From positions 192,001-256,000 of the forward strand of contig CAWDDT010000006.1 of the NCBI GenBank assembly GCA_963801165.1: DNA of 64,000 nt. Reading direction: 5' to 3'. This document shows, one piece after another, positions 9,229 to 19,100 of the stretch. The DNA comes from an uncultured bacterium (GTDB taxonomy: Bacteria; Actinomycetota; Acidimicrobiia; Spongiisociales; UBA5794). The position numbers and the translations under genes are program-made. Positions within the stretch are counted from its first letter, which is position 1. The number at the start of each line of letters is the position of its first letter. Below the pieces are notes generated by a model, which was given only the letters and a program-made list of their open reading frames with translations, ran no database searches and was not told the DNA's origin.

Positions 9229-10608
9229 ATGAGTTCGGTGTTGCTGTCCCGATGGCAGTTCGGCATCACCACGATCTACCACTTCCTGTTCGTCCCCTTG
9301 ACGATCGGGTTGGCGTTCCTGTTAGCGGTGATGCAGACGATCTATTACCGGACAGGCAATCCTCAATACAGGAGGATGACGAAGTTCTGGGGCAGACTGT
9401 TCCTCATCAACTTCGCGCTGGGTGTCGTGACAGGCATTGTCCAGGAGTTCCAATTCGGGATGAACTGGTCCACGTACTCGCGCTTCGTGGGCGACATCTT
9501 TGGCGCTCCGCTCGCGATCGAGGGACTGCTCGCCTTCTTCCTCGAGTCGGTGTTCATCGGTCTGTGGGTCTTCGGATGGGATCGGCTCAGCCCGAAGGTC
9601 CATCTCTTCTCTATCTGGATGGTGGCGCTGGGGACGAGCATCTCGGCGTTTTGGATCCTCGCTGCCGGGTCTTTCATGCAGAACCCGGTCGGGTACACCC
9701 TCAACTCCGTGACGGGTCGCGCCGAGCTCGACAACTTTGGTGCGGTGTTGACCAATGTGTCGCTGTGGGCGCACTTCCCGCACACTCTTTCTGCCTCTCT
9801 GGCCACGTCTGCGGCACTGTTGGTTGCGGTATCGGCGTGGCATCTGTTGCGCAACCGCGACGAGGATTTCTTCGTTGCTTCTGCCCGTTTCGGTATGACG
9901 TTCCTGCTCATCGGGGCACTCGCTGTCGCCTTCACAGGTCACAGCATGGGCCAGGTCATGACGGACGTCCAGCCGATGAAGATGGCATCGGCGGAAGCAC
10001 TCTGGGAGACGGAACAACCTGCGGGCTTCTCGCTATTTGCCGTCGGAGACATTCAGAATGGTCGCAACCGCATCAACATCCAGGTTCCCAAGTTGCTGAG
10101 CCTGTTTTCTGCCAACAATTTCTCAGCCGAAGTGAAGGGTATCAACCCACTCCAGGCTGAAATGGAGGCGAAGTATGGCCCGGGCAACTACATCCCCAAT
10201 GTGGGCCTGATCTACTGGACGTTCCGCATCATGGTCGGAGCGGGTTTCGCCATGATCGGCCTCGCTCTCTATGGGCTCTATTTGATCCGCAAGAAGAAAC
10301 TGATGAAGGTCGCCTGGTATCACAAGGTCGCCTTGTGGGCTCTGGCGCTTCCCTTCATTGCCAATGCCACAGGTTGGGTGATGACCGAAATGGGCAGACA
10401 GCCGTTTGTGGTGTACGGCCTGCTCAAGACCGACGACGCCGCCAGCGTCGCGGTCAGCTCGGGTGAGGTATTGACGACGCTAATCGGCTTCACCGTGCTC
10501 TACGGCGTACTCGCATTCGCCGACTTCTACCTGATGGCAAAGTATGCCAAGGCCGGTCCTGACCCCGACATGGATGAGGCTCAAATCGCAGCCTCCATGG
10601 CCTACTGA
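9229..10608 (+). CDS. cydA: Cytochrome bd ubiquinol oxidase subunit I
   Basis: SRWQF..TIYHFLF, QEFQFGMNW, QPMKMA, TEMGRQP; GAGGAGG RBS. Confidence 0.97.
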   Translation: MSSVLLSRWQFGITTIYHFLFVPLTIGLAFLLAVMQTIYYRTGNPQYRRMTKFWGRLFLINFALGVVTGIVQEFQFGMNWSTYSRFVGDIFGAPLAIEGLLAFFLESVFIGLWVFGWDRLSPKVHLFSIWMVALGTSISAFWILAAGSFMQNPVGYTLNSVTGRAELDNFGAVLTNVSLWAHFPHTLSASLATSAALLVAVSAWHLLRNRDEDFFVASARFGMTFLLIGALAVAFTGHSMGQVMTDVQPMKMASAEALWETEQPAGFSLFAVGDIQNGRNRINIQVPKLLSLFSANNFSAEVKGINPLQAEMEAKYGPGNYIPNVGLIYWTFRIMVGAGFAMIGLALYGLYLIRKKKLMKVAWYHKVALWALALPFIANATGWVMTEMGRQPFVVYGLLKTDDAASVAVSSGEVLTTLIGFTVLYGVLAFADFYLMAKYAKAGPDPDMDEAQIAASMAY

Positions 10609-10621
10609 GGAGGCGACGACT

Positions 10622-11647
10622 ATGGATATTTGGAACCTGAACACACTCTGGTTCGCTCTGATCGCCGTGCTCTGGGTGGGCTACTTCTTCCTCGAGGGCT
10701 TCGACTTCGGGGTGGGGATGCTGCTCCCATTCGTGTCAGACGATGATCTGGATCGCCGTGTTGTCATCAACACGATCGGCCCGGTCTGGGATGGAAACGA
10801 GGTATGGCTACTGGTTGCCGGGGGCGCCACATTCGCCGCATTCCCGGAGTGGTACGCCACGCTGTTCAGCGGCTTCTACCTGCCGCTGTTCTTGATCCTG
10901 GTTGCTCTGATCATCCGCGGGGTCGCCTTCGAGTTCAGAGGGAAGGAAGACAGCGCCCGCTGGCGGGCGACGTGGGATTGGGCAATCGTCATCGGCAGCT
11001 TCCTGCCTGCATTGCTGTGGGGCGTTGCATTTGCCAACATCTTGCGGGGTGTGCCGATCGAGATGGTGAACGGGTACCACGAGTACACGGGCGGTTTCTG
11101 GAACCTCCTCAACCCATATGCGCTTGTCGGCGGCCTGGCCTCCCTATCGCTATTCCTCCTCCATGGGGCATTGTTCCTGTCGTTGAAGACCGAAGGAACA
11201 GTCAAGGACCGTGTCGATGCGTTGCTACGGCTTCTCGCCTGGCCTGCGGTCGGGCTGGTGCTCGCCTTCATGGTCTGGACCTATATCGATCTCGGCGAAG
11301 GCCTGATCCCTGGTCTGCTCCCGCTGCTTGCCGTCGTAGGGCTTGTTGCCATCCCGTACCTGGCGCTTGGCAAGAAGAACGGATGGGCGTTCATTGCTAC
11401 CGGTGCGGCAATAGCCCTCATTGTGGCGACTCTGTTCATCATCCTTTACCCGAACGTGCTCCCTTCGAGCGTCGATGCGGCTGCCAGTCTCGACGTGTAC
11501 AACGCAGCCTCCACGAACCTGACACTGAAGGTAATGACTGTCGTCGCGGTGATCTTCACGCCGGTGGTCCTGGTGTACCAGAGCTGGACCTACTGGGTGT
11601 TCCGCAAGCGCATCGGACGCGAGACCCTCAGCCCGGCCAGCCATTGA
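10622..11647 (+). CDS. cydB: Cytochrome bd ubiquinol oxidase subunit II
   Basis: LEGFDFGVG, GPVWDGNEVWL, RGVAFEFR; GAGGAGG RBS. Confidence 0.97.
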   Translation: MDIWNLNTLWFALIAVLWVGYFFLEGFDFGVGMLLPFVSDDDLDRRVVINTIGPVWDGNEVWLLVAGGATFAAFPEWYATLFSGFYLPLFLILVALIIRGVAFEFRGKEDSARWRATWDWAIVIGSFLPALLWGVAFANILRGVPIEMVNGYHEYTGGFWNLLNPYALVGGLASLSLFLLHGALFLSLKTEGTVKDRVDALLRLLAWPAVGLVLAFMVWTYIDLGEGLIPGLLPLLAVVGLVAIPYLALGKKNGWAFIATGAAIALIVATLFIILYPNVLPSSVDAAASLDVYNAASTNLTLKVMTVVAVIFTPVVLVYQSWTYWVFRKRIGRETLSPASH

Positions 11648-11651
11648 ACCC

Positions 11652-11691
11652 TACCGGCGGTGCACCCGGGTCTCCCGGTGCACCGCCGGTA
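11652..11691 (+). terminator. 15-bp GC-rich stem-loop between cydB and cydD (partial terminator or mRNA stabiliser)
   Basis: TACCGGCGGTGCACC ... GGTGCACCGCCGGTA. Confidence 0.7.
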
Positions 11692-11717
11692 CGCATTCTT
11701 GCTGCTGAAATAGCCCC

Positions 11718-13352
11718 GTGACCACACGAGCCGTTGACATCCGTCTCATGGAGCGCGGGCGGGGCGCCCTGCCCATGCTCGTCGCCACCGTTGCCAGTGG
11801 CGTGGCGACTGCCCTGCTGGTCCTCGGTCAGGCGGTCATCCTCGCATCCATCATCAACCGTGTGTTCCTGGGCAAGGAGACACTCACCGACGTCAGCGGG
11901 AACCTCCTGCAACTGGCACTTCTGTTCGTTGCCAGGGCTCTCACCGTCTGGATACGCCAGGTGTTCGCGGCAAGGGCGGCGGTTGCAGTCAAGCGCAGCC
12001 TGCGGCGTGACCTGATCGCTGCCGTGTTGCGCCGCGGCACGAGGGCCGGCGACGCCGGCGGCGAACTGGTCGTTCAGGTAGTCCAGGGGGTCGATGCACT
12101 CGACCCCTATTTCGCCCGCTACCTCCCCGAATTGATCCTGGGGGCGATCGTGCCGCTTGTCGGCGTCATCTGGGTGGCAACCATCGACCGCCTCTCCGCG
12201 GGGATCCTGCTCGTGACGGTCCCTCTCATCCCGGTGTTCATGATCTTGATCGGCAGCATCGCCGACGAGCAAACAGCGAAGCGCTGGAGACGACTGCAGT
12301 CACTGGCCGGGGCGTTCCAGACGATGGTCCGGGGAATGACAGTCCTTCGAGTTTTTGGACGCACCCGCGATTGGCTCGAGCGTCTACAGGAGAGCTCCGA
12401 GGACCTTCGCCGCGAGACGATGGCGACACTCCGAATCGCCTTCCTGTCCGCACTCGTACTCGAGCTGATCGCCACAATCAGTACGGCCCTGGTGGCAGTA
12501 GCCGTCGGCATCCGTGTCGTTTATGGGCAGATCGATTTCCAACCGGCCTTTACCGTCCTCATTATCGCGCCGGAGATCTATCTACCGCTGCGGCGGGTCG
12601 GCGCTGAGTTTCACGCAGCCATGGAGGGTGTGAAGGCATCGGGATCGGCATTCGACCTCATCGCGCAAGAACAGGAGCCGACGGGCGCCATTCCGGCACC
12701 CGATGCCGCGACGTCGACCATCACCCTCGATCGGGTGTCCGCCGTCTCCGGCGGACGCACTCTTCTGGCAGATCTTTCGCTACAAATCGAGCCGGGCGAA
12801 TTCGTAGCACTCGTCGGGGAATCCGGAGCCGGCAAAACCACACTGCTCCGTTTGCTCATGGGGTTTGCCGCACCAGCTGGAGGCCGCATCTCGGTCGGTG
12901 GCATCGACCTCTCCGAGGTTGAGCTGCGCGGATGGTGGGATCAAATCTCATACTTACCACAGGAACCATTCTTCAGATCGGGGAGCATCCGGGACAACGT
13001 CCAGCTGGCAGATCCGCATGCTTCGGATGCGCGCCTCTGGCACGCACTCGATGTCTGCGGGCTTGCAGATTTCGTCAAGTCCCTTCCCCAGGGGCTCGAC
13101 ACCGGCGTGGGTGAGGGAGCAAAGCTGCTCAGCGCCGGGCAACGTCGCCGGCTCGCCCTTGCTCGTGCATTCGTTCGTCGGTCTCCCATCGTTCTGCTCG
13201 ACGAGCCCACCGCGAATGTGGACGCGACCACTCGAGCGGTGCTCGGTAGCGCGATCAAGAAACTGAACGAAAGCGGGACCGTAATCGCCGTGTTGCACGA
13301 TCGCGAGATGGCGGACCTCGCCGACCGGTGTATCGAGGTGACCCCGGAATGA
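11718..13352 (+). CDS. cydD: Thiol reductant ABC exporter CydD
   Basis: TM domain with LDPYFARYLP and TLRIAFLSALVLE; ABC motifs GESGAGKTT, LSAGQ, LDEP. Confidence 0.92.
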   Translation: MTTRAVDIRLMERGRGALPMLVATVASGVATALLVLGQAVILASIINRVFLGKETLTDVSGNLLQLALLFVARALTVWIRQVFAARAAVAVKRSLRRDLIAAVLRRGTRAGDAGGELVVQVVQGVDALDPYFARYLPELILGAIVPLVGVIWVATIDRLSAGILLVTVPLIPVFMILIGSIADEQTAKRWRRLQSLAGAFQTMVRGMTVLRVFGRTRDWLERLQESSEDLRRETMATLRIAFLSALVLELIATISTALVAVAVGIRVVYGQIDFQPAFTVLIIAPEIYLPLRRVGAEFHAAMEGVKASGSAFDLIAQEQEPTGAIPAPDAATSTITLDRVSAVSGGRTLLADLSLQIEPGEFVALVGESGAGKTTLLRLLMGFAAPAGGRISVGGIDLSEVELRGWWDQISYLPQEPFFRSGSIRDNVQLADPHASDARLWHALDVCGLADFVKSLPQGLDTGVGEGAKLLSAGQRRRLALARAFVRRSPIVLLDEPTANVDATTRAVLGSAIKKLNESGTVIAVLHDREMADLADRCIEVTPE

Positions 13353-15010
13353 GGAGAATCCATCTCCTCATCGGCAAGCGCTCCGGGCAGCTCGCGTTTG
13401 CCGTGCTCATGGGCGTTGGCACAATCGCCTCGAGCATCGGCCTGCTCACCACATCCGCCTACCTCATTTCGCGGGCGGCTCTGCTTCCGCCCATCGTTGA
13501 TCTCTCTACCGCTATCGTCGGCGTTCGTTTCTTTGGCATCAGCCGGGGCGTCTTCCGCTACGGGGAGCGACTCGTCTCTCATGACCTGAGCCTCCGCGTC
13601 TCCGGCCGGCTCCGGATCCGTATGGCCGGAGCGCTTGCCCGTCTCTTGCCGGCCGGTCTCGAGAGCACACATACCGGCGATCTGCTGCAGCGGATCATCA
13701 GCGATGCAGACGCCTGGCAGCATGTCATCACCCGGGTGGTGATTCCCCCGATGATCTCGACGCTGGTGATCGCAGGAGTGTTCGGGTTCGCCTCGCTACT
13801 TCTGCCGGAGGCGGGGCTCGTATTGCTAGCCGCTCTCCTGGTAGCGGGCCTTGTCCTGCCGTGGCTGGCCGGGCGGCTCGGGCGGTGGAGCGAAAGCGAG
13901 GTCGGAGACGACCGCCGTCGATTGGCGGAGGCCACCGTCGAAGTCATCGACGGAGCACCCGAGATCGTCGCATATGGCCGGGAAGACCTGTTTCTCGACG
14001 AGATGGCGGAGATCGAAGATCGTCTGGAACAGAAAGCCATTCGCACGGCATGGGTCGCCGGTCTCACTGATGCGCTGTTGTTGCTCATCATCGGGTGCGC
14101 CGAGGTGGGAATGCTCATCGTGTCCATTCCCGCCGTCACCGACGGGCGTCTCGGTGGTGTGCAGCTTGCGGTGGTGGCGATGCTTGGCCTCGTCTCGTTC
14201 GAGGCGGTTCAGGAATTGCCCCGGGCGTACCTGAGTCTTGGCGCCAGTGTGGAGGCTATCGCCCGCGTCGACGCCGTCTTGGAAGCGACGGCGCCGGTAG
14301 CGGATACGGTGAGCCCGGAGCCCATGCCGGAACGGCCCGCATTGTCTTTGCGTGGGATCCACCTGCAATATGCGTCCCGCCCTGCCGCCACGCTGGGTGA
14401 ATTGGATCTTGATCTCCCGTTCGGCAGTCGCACCGCACTGATAGGTGAGAGCGGAGCAGGCAAGACCTCGGTTGCCCACCTACTCCTCCGCTTTCGGGAT
14501 CCCGACTCAGGTCAGTACCTCGTCGATGGTCTCGCCGCCTCACGAATCGATCCCGACGAACTACGCAAGCGCGTTGGCCTGGTCGATGATCGGGCCTTCA
14601 TCTTTGCCACCTCAGTGCGAGAGAACTTGCTGGTCGCCGATCCGCACGCCGGGACGGAGCGACTGGAGGAAGCCTGCGGGCTGGCAGGTCTCACTGGTTG
14701 GGTGCAGCAACTCCCGGACGGCATCGATAGCCTGATCGCCGAATCGACCATCTCCGGCGGCGAACGCCGGAGACTGGCGATCGCCAGGGCCCTGCTTGCC
14801 GATTTTGCGGTCCTCATTCTCGATGAGCCCACCGCAGGGCTCGATCAGGCCACCGCAGGAGCCGTAATGGCTGACATCCTGGCTGCCACTGTCGGGAAGA
14901 CGGTGTTGCTGATCACCCATCGTGAGGAAGGGATCGAGGCGATGGATACCGTGGCGACACTCAGCTCTGGTCGTATCTCGCTTCCGCCAGACGACACGGT
15001 CGCTACGTGA
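13349..15010 (+). CDS. cydC: Thiol reductant ABC exporter CydC
   Basis: SAYLISRAA, VRFFGISR, RYGERLVSHD; ATGA overlap with cydD stop. Confidence 0.92.
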   Translation: MRRIHLLIGKRSGQLAFAVLMGVGTIASSIGLLTTSAYLISRAALLPPIVDLSTAIVGVRFFGISRGVFRYGERLVSHDLSLRVSGRLRIRMAGALARLLPAGLESTHTGDLLQRIISDADAWQHVITRVVIPPMISTLVIAGVFGFASLLLPEAGLVLLAALLVAGLVLPWLAGRLGRWSESEVGDDRRRLAEATVEVIDGAPEIVAYGREDLFLDEMAEIEDRLEQKAIRTAWVAGLTDALLLLIIGCAEVGMLIVSIPAVTDGRLGGVQLAVVAMLGLVSFEAVQELPRAYLSLGASVEAIARVDAVLEATAPVADTVSPEPMPERPALSLRGIHLQYASRPAATLGELDLDLPFGSRTALIGESGAGKTSVAHLLLRFRDPDSGQYLVDGLAASRIDPDELRKRVGLVDDRAFIFATSVRENLLVADPHAGTERLEEACGLAGLTGWVQQLPDGIDSLIAESTISGGERRRLAIARALLADFAVLILDEPTAGLDQATAGAVMADILAATVGKTVLLITHREEGIEAMDTVATLSSGRISLPPDDTVAT

Positions 15011-15193
15011 GCCTCGCGGGTGTGACGTGTGGTCGCGGACATCGGCGTTAGCGTCGGCGGGCCCGATACCGCGACCGGCCGACGGCTTCCCCGTTCGGCC
15101 GAGTCAGACAGTAGGGCTTTGCTCAGCTAGCCTCGACTCCGGCTTCGCTCGCTCCATGTGCAAGCTGTTGATGGCGCCGGCAAGGGAGACAAT

Positions 15194-17635
15194 GTGCGAT
15201 TCGGGCATTTTGACGATTCGGCCAGAGAATACGTAATTGAACGGCCGGACACCCCTCTCCCCTGGTTCAACTATCTCGGAACCGACACCTACTTCGGCCT
15301 GATCTCCAACACCGCCGGCGGCTACTCGTTCTACAAGGACGCCAGGCTGCGCCGGATCTCCCGATATCGCTACAACAACGTGCCTTTCGATTTTGGTGGG
15401 AGGTACATGTACGTCAGGGACAACGATTCCGGTGAGTTCTGGTCCCCGAGCTGGCAACCGGTTCGAATCCCGGTTGACGACTACTCCTGTAGGCATGGGA
15501 TGGGCTACACCATCATCGGGTCGGCACGTTCGGGGATCCGAGCCGACACCCGATATTTCGTGCCACCCGGCGAGAACCTCGAGATCTGGGATCTGACCGT
15601 AGTCAACCAGAGACAGACGACCGCCGGGCTGGCCCTGTTTGGAGCGATCGAGTTTGCCCTTTGGGATGCCCAGGACGACATGACCAACTTCCAGCGGAAC
15701 TTCAACACCGGTGAAGTAGAGGTTGAGGGTTCCGTCATCTATCACAAGACCGAGTACCGGGAGCGGCGGGATCACTTCGCATACTTCGCATGCTCGGAGG
15801 CAACCGCCGGCTTCGACACCCAACGTGAGGCCTTCCTCGGCCCTTACCGGGGCTGGGATGATCCGGCGGCGGTTGGTTCCGGAGCGGCAACAAACAGCAT
15901 TGCCCACGGCTGGTCGCCTATCGGCGCTCACCAGGTGACAATCTCGCTAAAGCCCGGGGAGTCGAAGCGAGTCATCTTCCTCCTCGGCTACGCGGAGAAC
16001 CCCCCGGAGGATAAGTTCGACCCGGCAGGCTCAACGGTCATCAACAAACGCCGGGTGACACCGGTGATCGATGAGTACTCGAGCGGAGATCGGGTCGACG
16101 CGGCGTTCAGCGCGCTGGCACAGGAGTGGGACAGGTTGCTGGGGCTATTCCAGGTGGAGACCCCCGACGCGGCCACCAACCGGATGGTCAACATCTGGAA
16201 CGCCTATCAGAACATGGTCACGTTCAACCTTTCCCGGTCGGCATCCTTCTATGAGTCCGGTGTTGGTCGGGGCCTCGGTTTCCGGGACTCGAACCAGGAT
16301 CTCCTCGGTTTTGTCCACATGGCCCCGGCCCGGGCCCGTCAGCGGGTCCTCGATCTCGCCGCAACCCAGCTCGCCGACGGCGGTGCGTTCCACCAATATC
16401 AGCCGTTGACCAAACGAGGAAATGACGCGGTTGGCTCCAACTTCAACGACGATCCGCTCTGGCTCGTCCTGGCTGTGGTGGCCTACGTGAGGGAAACCGG
16501 GGACGAGTCGATCCTCGGTGAGCCGGTCGTCTACGAGAACACGCCGGGGACGGAACAGCCCCTCCTCGATCATCTGGTTCGTTCCCTCGAATTCACCCTC
16601 ACCCGCCTCGGGCCCAACGGGCTGCCCTTGATCGGGCGAGCGGACTGGAACGATTGCCTCAATTTGAACTGTTTCTCCGACGAGCCCGGCGAATCGTTCC
16701 AGACGACAACCAGCAGGGACGGCAAGACGGCCGAGTCGGTGATGATCGCCGGTCTGTTCTGCGCCGCGGCAGCAGACATGGTCGATCTGGCGCGGCACAT
16801 TGGCCGGCTCGATCTCGCCGGGGTCTATGCGGCGGCGCGCACCGCAATGCTCGAGACCATCGAAGGACCGGGCTGGGACGGCGAATGGTTCGTGCGGGCT
16901 TACGACGACTTCGGACGTAAGGTCGGGTCGGCAGAATGCGACGAGGGCAAGATATTCATCGAGTCACAGGGGTGGTCGATCCTCGGCGGCGCCGGGCTGA
17001 GCAATGGGATGGCACAAAAGGCGCTCGATGCGGTGGCGAGGCACCTGGCGACGGACCATGGAATCGTCCTCAATCAACCCGCGTACACCTCCTACCACCT
17101 CGAACTCGGAGAGATCACCACTTACCCGCCCGGGTACAAGGAGAACGCCAGCATCTTCTGCCACTCCAACCCGTGGATCATGGTTGCCGAGACAAGAGTC
17201 GGCAACGGTGACCGTGCCTTTGACTACTACCGGCGAATCTGCCCTGCCGTGCGCGAGGAGATCAGCGAAGTGCACCGGGCAGAGCCGTATGTCTATGCGC
17301 AGACAATCGCGGGAAGAGATGCCCCCACCCATGGTGAGGCGAAGAACTCGTGGCTCACAGGAACCGCAGCCTGGAACTACGTAGCCATCACCCAGGCGAT
17401 CCTGGGCATCCGCCCTGGGTTCGACGGTCTCGAGATACAGCCCGTGCTGCCGACATCCTGGCCCGGTTATACGGCAACCCGGGTCTTTCGTGGCGTCACC
17501 TACGAGATCAGCGTTTCCCGTAGCGCCCCGGGCGGAGCGAACTCGCTCACCGTTGCTGGCCGGGCGGTAGAGAGCATCACGATCCCGATGCCTGGTCCCG
17601 GCGTTGAACGTGTGACCGTCGCCGTGGGGCTCTGA
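15194..17635 (+). CDS. GH94 glycoside phosphorylase (cellobiose phosphorylase-like)
   Basis: FGHFDD..REYVI, GFRDSNQD, GRADWNDCLN, GYKENASIFCH, KNSWLTGTAAW; GTG start after AGGGAG. Confidence 0.93.
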   Translation: MRFGHFDDSAREYVIERPDTPLPWFNYLGTDTYFGLISNTAGGYSFYKDARLRRISRYRYNNVPFDFGGRYMYVRDNDSGEFWSPSWQPVRIPVDDYSCRHGMGYTIIGSARSGIRADTRYFVPPGENLEIWDLTVVNQRQTTAGLALFGAIEFALWDAQDDMTNFQRNFNTGEVEVEGSVIYHKTEYRERRDHFAYFACSEATAGFDTQREAFLGPYRGWDDPAAVGSGAATNSIAHGWSPIGAHQVTISLKPGESKRVIFLLGYAENPPEDKFDPAGSTVINKRRVTPVIDEYSSGDRVDAAFSALAQEWDRLLGLFQVETPDAATNRMVNIWNAYQNMVTFNLSRSASFYESGVGRGLGFRDSNQDLLGFVHMAPARARQRVLDLAATQLADGGAFHQYQPLTKRGNDAVGSNFNDDPLWLVLAVVAYVRETGDESILGEPVVYENTPGTEQPLLDHLVRSLEFTLTRLGPNGLPLIGRADWNDCLNLNCFSDEPGESFQTTTSRDGKTAESVMIAGLFCAAAADMVDLARHIGRLDLAGVYAAARTAMLETIEGPGWDGEWFVRAYDDFGRKVGSAECDEGKIFIESQGWSILGGAGLSNGMAQKALDAVARHLATDHGIVLNQPAYTSYHLELGEITTYPPGYKENASIFCHSNPWIMVAETRVGNGDRAFDYYRRICPAVREEISEVHRAEPYVYAQTIAGRDAPTHGEAKNSWLTGTAAWNYVAITQAILGIRPGFDGLEIQPVLPTSWPGYTATRVFRGVTYEISVSRSAPGGANSLTVAGRAVESITIPMPGPGVERVTVAVGL

Positions 17636-17659
17636 GCCAACCTGGAGGACGCCGGTCGC

Positions 17660-18769
17660 TCAGACCGGGGCGCCGGCAAGTTCGAGAAGGCGCTGAAATA
17701 GGTCCCGGACCTCCGCGTCGGCGAAATCGCCCGCTGCACTGCCGATGGTGAACTCGGACTTGGTGACGCCGGGTACTCCGGTCTCCTCCAACCAGCCGAG
17801 CAGCTCGACATCCGCCTCCTCGATGAGCTGTCGGTGTGCCGCACGCAGCCGCTCCCTGTCGCCCTCGATGAAGACGTGCATCATATTCGTATGCGGCGGA
17901 TTGGGAGTCACCGAGATACCGGGTAGCGAGCTGAGGATTGCGGCGATGGCAACGGCTCTGTCGTGGTACTCCCGCATTCGGTCCAGATGCTTGTCGAGCC
18001 CCAGATCCGCCGAAATTGCCAGTGGATACATGTGCGCGAGATTGCCCCCGTGCCGGCGAAGCCAAACCCTGGCATTGTCGATGAGGTCCTGTGGCCCGGC
18101 GAGGGCCGCACCGTCGATACCCCCGAGGATCTTGTAGAACGACACGTAGACCGAGTCGAAGAGACCGGCGATATCGGCATACGTCCTGCCGTAGAACGGC
18201 TGCGACTCCCAGAGCCGCGCACCATCCATGTGGGCGACCACGGACCGATCGTGAGCCCAGGACGTCATGGCGACCAGGTCATCCCAGGGGGGCAGCCATC
18301 CGCCGATCTCGCGCTGTGGCAATTCGAAGAGTATTGCCGCTACCGGCTCGGGCATCGCTTCGAGATCGTCGAGAGTGAACAGGCGATCACTGCGGCCGAG
18401 CAGCGTTGCCGACAGTCCGTGTATGCGTCTGTAGGCGTCTTGCTCGTGTAGCTGCAGATGGCAGGTGGGGTGAAATGCCACCTGAGATAGGCCGGCACGG
18501 TCGCACCAGATGCGCAAGGCGATCTGTTGGGCCATCGTGCCGCTCGGCATCAGGACTGCAGCCTCCTTGCCGAGCAGGTCGCTCACACGCCGCTCCAACC
18601 GGGCCACGACCTCGCCGGCACCGTACATGTCTTGTTCGATGTCCGGGTCGGTTGCTTCCGCAAGGTGTGTCAGGATCTCGCGGGCGCTGCGGCGTGGATG
18701 GTGGGTCAGACGGCGCGACCCCTTCGGCTCTCGCTCGTCCGGCGGGGCGCTCCGATCGTCTGTCTTCAT
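17660..18769 (-). CDS. Low-specificity L-threonine aldolase family (PLP)
   Basis: MPSGTMAQ, HMDGARLWE, VSFYKILGG. Confidence 0.88.
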   Translation of the reverse strand: MKTDDRSAPPDEREPKGSRRLTHHPRRSAREILTHLAEATDPDIEQDMYGAGEVVARLERRVSDLLGKEAAVLMPSGTMAQQIALRIWCDRAGLSQVAFHPTCHLQLHEQDAYRRIHGLSATLLGRSDRLFTLDDLEAMPEPVAAILFELPQREIGGWLPPWDDLVAMTSWAHDRSVVAHMDGARLWESQPFYGRTYADIAGLFDSVYVSFYKILGGIDGAALAGPQDLIDNARVWLRRHGGNLAHMYPLAISADLGLDKHLDRMREYHDRAVAIAAILSSLPGISVTPNPPHTNMMHVFIEGDRERLRAAHRQLIEEADVELLGWLEETGVPGVTKSEFTIGSAAGDFADAEVRDLFQRLLELAGAPV

Positions 18770-18864
18770 GTCGGGCTCCATCTGATGCTGAGCGCACCGT
18801 ACACCGGGCGACCACATCGGCGGTGCGTTGACAAGTGGACGCCCGATCCATCCCTCGACCCCAC

Positions 18865-18906
18865 CACGACTATCCGGGCACGACTTTCCGGGCACGATTA
18901 TCCGGG
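18865..18906. repeat. 14-bp tandem repeat x3 (CACGAYTWTCCGGG) in a divergent intergenic region
   Basis: CACGACTATCCGGG / CACGACTTTCCGGG / CACGATTATCCGGG. Confidence 0.85.
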
Positions 18907-19100
18907 GAGACACCGAATACCTCGTTCCAAGACGCGCAAACGAGCAGGCAACAGCGGCCGAGTCGGGCCTTAGAACGAGCAAGGATGAGAAGCGGCGCCA
19001 GCCGTGCGCGTTGCTGCAAAGGGATACCATCACTCTCAGCGCAAGAGAATCTCCGACGAGAGTTCAAGATGCGAGCACCGCCATCGACGGGAGAGCACAG

